Shown here piece after piece: positions 58,277-64,000 of a DNA stretch of 64,000 nucleotides. Position 1 is the stretch's first letter; every line of letters begins with the position of its first letter. The DNA comes from an uncultured Desulfarculus sp. Its GTDB lineage: Bacteria > Desulfobacterota > Desulfarculia > Desulfarculales > Desulfarculaceae. The position numbers were made by a program, and so were the translations under genes. The DNA is taken from the NCBI GenBank assembly GCA_963665125.2, contig CAXXUK010000002.1, positions 1,088,001-1,152,000 on the forward strand, written 5' to 3'. The notes under the pieces were generated by a model. That model made no database searches. It worked only from the letters and a program-made list of their open reading frames with translations, and had not been told where the DNA came from.

Positions 58277-59002
58277 TTATAAGGCCGTCTTCGCCTCTAT
58301 CAGGCTATAATCGACCAACAACTTCAATCCGTTGGTCAGCTGACGATTCTTATTTTGATATTGAACGGTCCATGTTCGGATCGGGTCTTCATTCGGTTCC
58401 AGGTCAAGGCCCGGTTCATAAGAAGAAACAGACCATGCTGCAAAGTGTTGAGAAATGGCCAGTTCAACGCTCTGGCGACTGGGAATGGACCAGCCGCGCT
58501 CCCACTCCCCGCGGCGACCGTGCATCCACTTTCGGTGTTTAAGATCCATGTCGATTCCGAACTCATTAAGCGGTCCCAGAATCAGAATCGTTCCCCCTGG
58601 TTTCAATAATCGAGCCGCTTTTTCCCAGAAAAAATCGAGATCGTCACCGGCGAACAGACTTATGACACCCACTCCGGTAATGAAGTCAAAGGTTCCATAA
58701 AAACGATCGTCAAGGCCGAGAAAATCCGATCTCATAAATTCGTGTTCGGGAATGTATTCCCTCGCTTGTTTGATGAGATCATCGAAAATATCTATACCTA
58801 GAAAGCTCCATGATGGAAACTGGCTCTGCATAATGGAAATTAACTCACCGGTGGCACAACCGATATCGAGCAAACGGGCATTCTTCATATTTTTAAGTTT
58901 CAGAGTTTCAACAATCCGTCTAAAAGTGAACTTGGGTTCCTTTGCCCATCCTTCTCGAATGTAATGTTGATAATTTCGGTATCGGGGCAGGTCAACGGCC
59001 AT
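58277..59002 (-). CDS. Class I SAM-dependent methyltransferase
   Basis: LLDIGCATG, GIDI, LLKPGG; GGAGAGAGG RBS. Confidence 0.88.
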   Translation of the reverse strand: MAVDLPRYRNYQHYIREGWAKEPKFTFRRIVETLKLKNMKNARLLDIGCATGELISIMQSQFPSWSFLGIDIFDDLIKQAREYIPEHEFMRSDFLGLDDRFYGTFDFITGVGVISLFAGDDLDFFWEKAARLLKPGGTILILGPLNEFGIDMDLKHRKWMHGRRGEWERGWSIPSRQSVELAISQHFAAWSVSSYEPGLDLEPNEDPIRTWTVQYQNKNRQLTNGLKLLVDYSLIEAKTAL

Positions 59003-59135
59003 GATGCCTCTCTCCTATTTTAGGAGTTGTTAAAATTCTGACGAATTGGAGGGTAGAATCATTCCCTGCGATTCCGACCATAGCATACCGTAAGGATATA
59101 CGGGCACCTTCCCTTTATGGACATTAACGCCGTTT

Positions 59136-60974
59136 TTACTGTTCGAATAAAAAATCGTCATCAAGATCATCCACAGGTCCACCTTCGGCGGCGGCCCGCC
59201 TACGCGCTTCCAATTTGGCGAACTCCTTCGTCAGCAAGGGTATCGTTCTTTGGATATCCTTTGATCCAATGGCGTAACGGAGTCGATTACCAATAGTGAC
59301 CAGTAACGTTTCGGCTTTCAGATTCCTGCGAACTCTACTTGGGTCGTTAAAAACTAGGAAAACAAACCGATCGGTCAGATAGCTGAGGGCATTTTCCCGG
59401 GACTCCTCGGGCAGGCTGGAAAAGGCCGGGCCATCGACTAGAATGCACGGGCAGTCGGTCTGTGCTGCGCCTAGAAAAAGTAGAAGAAGCTTGGTTTGGG
59501 CGTCCGCCTTGGCCCATTTGTTTAAAAACCCTTCCGTGCCAGCCAGTTTGTATATTTGGGGTACATTGATGTGATTCTCATTGATATACGGAGACAGTAC
59601 GCTATCAAATTCCCCGCTAGTTTGGTCCGGTAGACCGATGACTTGTTCAAGTTCATGATTCCCGGAAGAGACAGAAATCTGGGCCAGATACACCTCGTCG
59701 GACCAATTGGATGACACCGTTTGATTACCACCGGTCACGGCTTGCATTATGAGCGGGAGATTAAAACGGTTCAGCGGCCGATCCGTGAGCAACACAACCA
59801 GCCGGCCACGCGGAATGGCGGTAACGGACGAGTTGAGGCCCTCTACTAGATCATTGGGAGATACGTGGAGTTCACTTTGCTCCTTTAGTGAAATACCTTT
59901 ATCGCTGGAAGGGGTTTTTCCGGTGATCAAGCGGAAAACCGGTTGGAAGAAGGGGTAGAACAGATAGATTTTTATATAATTCTTGAATAGGGTCCTCACA
60001 CCACCCAGGAAGAACTTAAAGGGAATAAAATAGATGAAGACCTGCGCCCAGTGGCCGTTGGAGATAATCAGTTTATACCCTACATAATTGATCAGCAGGA
60101 ACATGGCGACGGACGTGGCGAACCCGCTGATGAGTAGGCTCATATGAGCAATGCGCAGTCTCAGTTCGTACCCATCCAAAAATCCGGCGGTGGAGCCGGC
60201 GAATGTCTCGTCCTTCAAGCGTTCCCAGCTTTCATCTGGTACGCGGGGGGCTCCACGGATGAACTCAAACGCCTTGCTCTTTTGGACGGAATAGCCTTTT
60301 GCATGCTCGCGCATATCGTCCGAACTATTCACGCCCCTCATAATCACATACAGATACGCAGGAGAGACAATCGCGAGGAACAGCACCAGGATCAGACTGA
60401 ATATAGGCTCCAGATAGAACATGACGATGACTGCCGGAACAAGGCTGAATATCGGCATGGTGCCGGTCAGGACCTCGATCAGGGTCCGCGCCAGATAGTT
60501 CGGCGCCCGGCTCGCTGCGGCGACAGCATAATTGGGCTCCAAAAGGAGCGGGTCTTCCGGGTCAAGGATATTGCCGTGCTCCTTGAGCCTCTCCAGTATC
60601 AATTCAAGTGTGTATTCTTCGTACCGCCGGGCCAGTTTTGACGTCAGACGCCTCGATAGGTACTGTGCAACGCCAGACGCAGTCAGGATAAGCGTTACAC
60701 CTGCGCTGGCGACCATAAGCCCGAATACGGAACGTGGAAGTTCGAAAACAATACCGAACCTATGAAACGGCTCGCCGCTCTGCAAGCTATGAAGAAAAAC
60801 GATAATGGCCGCCATGCCGACGACCTGGAGCCCTAACTGGACGAGATCCCAGAACAGAACTTTCACCGTCCCGCGGATATCAAAGAGGAGCACGTCCCCA
60901 ATCAGCCATTTAATGAGAGGCCAAGCACCGGAGGCCCACTCCGCCAGAAAAGCCCTATTGCCAGAGTCTTTCAT
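59136..60974 (-). CDS. ABC exporter-like protein (6-TM domain plus degenerate nucleotide-binding domain)
   Basis: Type IV exporter TM pattern; C-terminal region keeps NBD order (IPRGRLVVLL, CILVDG, FVFLV) but lacks Walker A and LSGGQ. Confidence 0.6.
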   Translation of the reverse strand: MKDSGNRAFLAEWASGAWPLIKWLIGDVLLFDIRGTVKVLFWDLVQLGLQVVGMAAIIVFLHSLQSGEPFHRFGIVFELPRSVFGLMVASAGVTLILTASGVAQYLSRRLTSKLARRYEEYTLELILERLKEHGNILDPEDPLLLEPNYAVAAASRAPNYLARTLIEVLTGTMPIFSLVPAVIVMFYLEPIFSLILVLFLAIVSPAYLYVIMRGVNSSDDMREHAKGYSVQKSKAFEFIRGAPRVPDESWERLKDETFAGSTAGFLDGYELRLRIAHMSLLISGFATSVAMFLLINYVGYKLIISNGHWAQVFIYFIPFKFFLGGVRTLFKNYIKIYLFYPFFQPVFRLITGKTPSSDKGISLKEQSELHVSPNDLVEGLNSSVTAIPRGRLVVLLTDRPLNRFNLPLIMQAVTGGNQTVSSNWSDEVYLAQISVSSGNHELEQVIGLPDQTSGEFDSVLSPYINENHINVPQIYKLAGTEGFLNKWAKADAQTKLLLLFLGAAQTDCPCILVDGPAFSSLPEESRENALSYLTDRFVFLVFNDPSRVRRNLKAETLLVTIGNRLRYAIGSKDIQRTIPLLTKEFAKLEARRRAAAEGGPVDDLDDDFLFEQ

Positions 60975-61137
60975 CCAATTACCTTGTTGATCAAACTCAC
61001 ACGACCAAAAATTCTGATGTCTTAGCTACTGGCCAAGCGAGTGGGTAATAAAGTCTTTCATAGTTCAGGCCGACCGGGGCGGTCCTTTCCTGATTCGGTG
61101 AATCGCGGGAAATTTACCACCCTTTCGAAACTATTGT

Positions 61138-61167
61138 CAAATCCGGCAAACCTCATTGCCGGATTTG
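61138..61167. repeat. Perfect 12-bp intergenic inverted repeat
   Basis: CAAATCCGGCAA-N6-TTGCCGGATTTG. Confidence 0.65.
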
Positions 61168-61298
61168 TTGACTTGTAGCCAGCGTTGGCACCTGACAAGC
61201 GCAGGAGTTGGCTGGTTAAGGTTTACACGTTGGGTGAGCGGGATAATGAGCATGTTCGTAAATAGTGTTAGTGAAGATGCTTACGAAACGCCCATTCA

Positions 61299-63824
61299 CT
61301 AAAGATTGCGTTGAATTTTCCGGTACACGAACCTCATGCTCCTGTTAAGAGCTGAACTCATGCCTTGTTGCCCCATGATCGTGCGAAATTGTTGAAAATA
61401 TGATCTAGGCTTTAGCTTTAAGGCGGTGTAAATCTTACCGATCTTCCTGTTCTGCTGTAGAAACAGTTCCATTGCCTTATCCAAATCCACTGTATGATTC
61501 TGAGTTTCTGGATCGGTATAGACATCGTGGAACATCTTGGCGACTTTACGGGAGTCATGGGTGTCCTCTACGTAGGCCCTCGCCCTCTGGCCGAGTTCCG
61601 CCCGTTCGTGATAATTGAGGACCAACTCCCGCAATACTTCGTATACGTTGTCTGGAGTGGCAACAGCCAGAGGCGGTTGCTGGCCAAGGTGATGTTGGAG
61701 ATCTTCCCTGATATAGCAAACGACGGCCTTGCCTAACGCCATGCCCTCCACTGCCAGGACTCCATACCAGCCTATGCGCAATTGATCGAGAACGATATCC
61801 GCTTCGCGGTAAATTTTTCGTGCTTCTTCGTTGGATAGATTCTCTATCAATTTAAACCGAAATGGGACCTTTTCAGCCTTCAAACGGTTAATCGCCTGAA
61901 GAAAGTACTGGGTGCCTTTGACTGTCCTACGGCTGGGTGCGTGAACGATGAGGGGGTTAGTCTTGTTGACAGGCCCCGACCAGGTCCAGTTTTGAAGATC
62001 AATAGAGCGTGGAACGACAACTGACTCGGGGACATATGACTGCAGCTCCGGATCAGGTACGACTATCCGATTGGCCACGGCGGAAAAAAAGCCAAGTAAG
62101 CGCTCCTGAGTGGCTTCCGGAAATTTGGCCACCAAGTTGTCAGGGTTCTGATCCACATAGTTATAGGGCGAAAATTGCTTAAATTTGCTGTGTAGCCGAA
62201 CTTCAGAACCTCGAAAGTTCATGATTACCACTTTACCGGCTGCACGCAGAGCCAGCAGGTCGTATCCGGTTGGAAAGGCCAATCCGGGAGGGAGCAGAAA
62301 AAAAGGACGAAAATAGAAGTGGAAGACATCATAGTATGGCGCTACAGCTCTGAATAGTTCGAAATAATTATTGTCCATCGCCGATGCGACTTTGAATGAT
62401 ACGTCCGCTGGATAATTAAAAGTGTTGCCGGCTACCTGGTAACAGTCCGCGGCGAGGTTCATCTCCCGATGCCCCCGGGAGATAGACCATGGCTGCCCAG
62501 CCGCTCCGGCTAAGCCATGGAATATACGCAACGCCCTGTTATTTGCTTTATTCTCGTTATCCTTCTTAATTGTGGGGAGATCCAAACCGAGTAACTCTTC
62601 ATACAATTGAGAAAGTTTTTCCTCTTGTGCGTTCCAAGAATACTCTTTTAACAGGCTATCGTTATCTGCGGTAATATTACGCCGGTAATGATCATAATTG
62701 CCAAGGACTTCCTGTATCATTGCCGCCAATTCCTCGGAGTCCCCAGCCGTAAATACCTCCCCCACCGATTTCTGTCGCACGAAACGGGCCATCTCCCGGG
62801 TATCGCTCACGACAACGGGAAGACGGGCGTGAAGGTATTCAAATAGTTTGTTCGGTAGAGCCACTTCAGCATTTTCGTAGTGCGGCAGACCGTGAACGCC
62901 AACGGTGGCGCTTTTAAGAAATGTTGGCACTTCATTGGGCGCAACATAAGGCACAGTATGCAGGCGGTCGGATGTGCCGTCTTTCCGTGCCGTAAGGTAC
63001 ATTTCCTCAAGGTAGGCGCCACTGGTGTTGGTGACCAGAACCACATGCACGTCGGGCATGTATCGCATGGCTTCCACCAGAGTATGCACACTACGGGCAG
63101 GTTTGACCTGGCCAGAGTAGACGGCCAGCGGCGCCCCCGCAGGAAGGCCCACGGCATGGCGTATGCAAAGGTCAGAGTCGGGCTGGTAGTCTTCGATATA
63201 TGGAGCGTTCAGAACAACGGTGGGCTTCCTCTCCAGGCTATAGTCGTGCTGGAGTTTTTCGGCGAGCGATCCCGAAACGGTAATGAGATGGTGCGCATCA
63301 TGGATGCAGCGCTGTTCATTTCCTAGAGCATTGTTTCGGATTTCTTCCGGAAGTTCATCGAGGCCTCGGACGTATTCATGAGCGTCGTGGATCCATTTCG
63401 TCTCAAAACCGATTTTTTGGAGGCGGTGCAAAAACGTGTGACCTATATCGATGGTATTCATGTCATGAGTGTGAATAATCGATGGTTTTAGCGGTTCAAT
63501 GAATTCCCAGACGAGTTCCCGGAACTTTATTAGAAACTCACGGATCGGCAGTTTACCGGATAAGTCTTGCGCTTTGTTGGGGTTAGGCACCAGAACAATT
63601 GTAAATTCATCCTGTTCATCGATGATGTAATCGTAAGTTTTGGATACGCCGAAGACGATGGTATACAGCCCAAAACGACTCACACTTCTGGCGCTTTTTA
63701 AAACCCGGTAGTCCACATAAACCGGATTCGGCACAATCATTACCGCACTTTTCAAATTGTTATGTAGTAATTTAAGTTTAAATACATCTTTGTGGATCAT
63801 TATGTTTAGGACCTCGGAGAGCAT
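61299..63824 (-). CDS. Two-domain GT4 glycosyltransferase fusion
   Basis: Domain 1: DYRV, HTHD, DAHE, PNKLFEY; domain 2: FRGSEVR, HAPSRRTVKGT, DQLRIGWYG, EGMALGK; exact start uncertain. Confidence 0.88.
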   Translation of the reverse strand: MLSEVLNIMIHKDVFKLKLLHNNLKSAVMIVPNPVYVDYRVLKSARSVSRFGLYTIVFGVSKTYDYIIDEQDEFTIVLVPNPNKAQDLSGKLPIREFLIKFRELVWEFIEPLKPSIIHTHDMNTIDIGHTFLHRLQKIGFETKWIHDAHEYVRGLDELPEEIRNNALGNEQRCIHDAHHLITVSGSLAEKLQHDYSLERKPTVVLNAPYIEDYQPDSDLCIRHAVGLPAGAPLAVYSGQVKPARSVHTLVEAMRYMPDVHVVLVTNTSGAYLEEMYLTARKDGTSDRLHTVPYVAPNEVPTFLKSATVGVHGLPHYENAEVALPNKLFEYLHARLPVVVSDTREMARFVRQKSVGEVFTAGDSEELAAMIQEVLGNYDHYRRNITADNDSLLKEYSWNAQEEKLSQLYEELLGLDLPTIKKDNENKANNRALRIFHGLAGAAGQPWSISRGHREMNLAADCYQVAGNTFNYPADVSFKVASAMDNNYFELFRAVAPYYDVFHFYFRPFFLLPPGLAFPTGYDLLALRAAGKVVIMNFRGSEVRLHSKFKQFSPYNYVDQNPDNLVAKFPEATQERLLGFFSAVANRIVVPDPELQSYVPESVVVPRSIDLQNWTWSGPVNKTNPLIVHAPSRRTVKGTQYFLQAINRLKAEKVPFRFKLIENLSNEEARKIYREADIVLDQLRIGWYGVLAVEGMALGKAVVCYIREDLQHHLGQQPPLAVATPDNVYEVLRELVLNYHERAELGQRARAYVEDTHDSRKVAKMFHDVYTDPETQNHTVDLDKAMELFLQQNRKIGKIYTALKLKPRSYFQQFRTIMGQQGMSSALNRSMRFVYRKIQRNL

Positions 63825-64000
63825 TCGGATTAAAAGTTGAAATGTGTTTTAATCAAGCTTAAGTGCTTTTCTGGCACAGAAGACTTTCAGCGATCATTCC
63901 GTTCATTATCGGTTTAATATAAGGTATTCAATACATTACTTAGCTACCATCCAAATAATTTAAAAGTACCATGAAATGCACTACTCAAATTATGGAGATA

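Noticed and set aside
1..64000. CRISPR array, tRNA/rRNA genes, selenocysteine read-through
   Set aside because: No regularly spaced repeats, cloverleaf or rRNA-like sequence, or in-frame TGA split gene was noticed by eye; the broken methyltransferase ends in TAA. A covariance-model scan would be needed to be certain.

Overview
64 kb of bacterial chromosome, by inference from an anaerobic Desulfobacterota-type (deltaproteobacterial) organism. The left ~12.5 kb is housekeeping/regulatory: a glycyl-radical activase, a large hybrid histidine kinase with a CheY-like regulator, a lactate permease, a DsrE + ACR3/SBF transporter pair behind a sigma54-like promoter with a MITE-like element between them, an OYE flavin oxidoreductase and a pseudo-receiver/TPR protein. 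The remaining ~51 kb is a mosaic surface-glycan locus. (i) A high-GC block holds wecB, an initiating transferase, a GT4, an epimerase, cysC and an O-antigen-ligase-family gene. (ii) A ~17 kb cassette between two IS3-family scars encodes a CysD-like protein, two alkaline-phosphatase-superfamily proteins, a GT2, two cobalamin-dependent radical SAM enzymes, deacetylases, methyltransferases (one broken), a UPF0104 flippase, a carbamoyltransferase and a GT-C transferase. (iii) A legionaminic-acid-type pathway is extended by a formyltransferase/deacetylase pair and five oxidoreductases, then two GT-B candidate nonulosonate transferases, one internally duplicated. (iv) A convergent minus-strand block holds HisF/HisH paralogues, a methyltransferase, an ABC exporter with a degenerate ATPase domain and a double GT4. 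The best candidates for undescribed systems are the radical-SAM/carbamoyl lipid-linked sugar tailoring module and a PAPS-supplied sulfation route lacking a classical sulfotransferase. No rRNA, tRNA or CRISPR array was seen. All calls come from motif recognition by eye; no searches were run.
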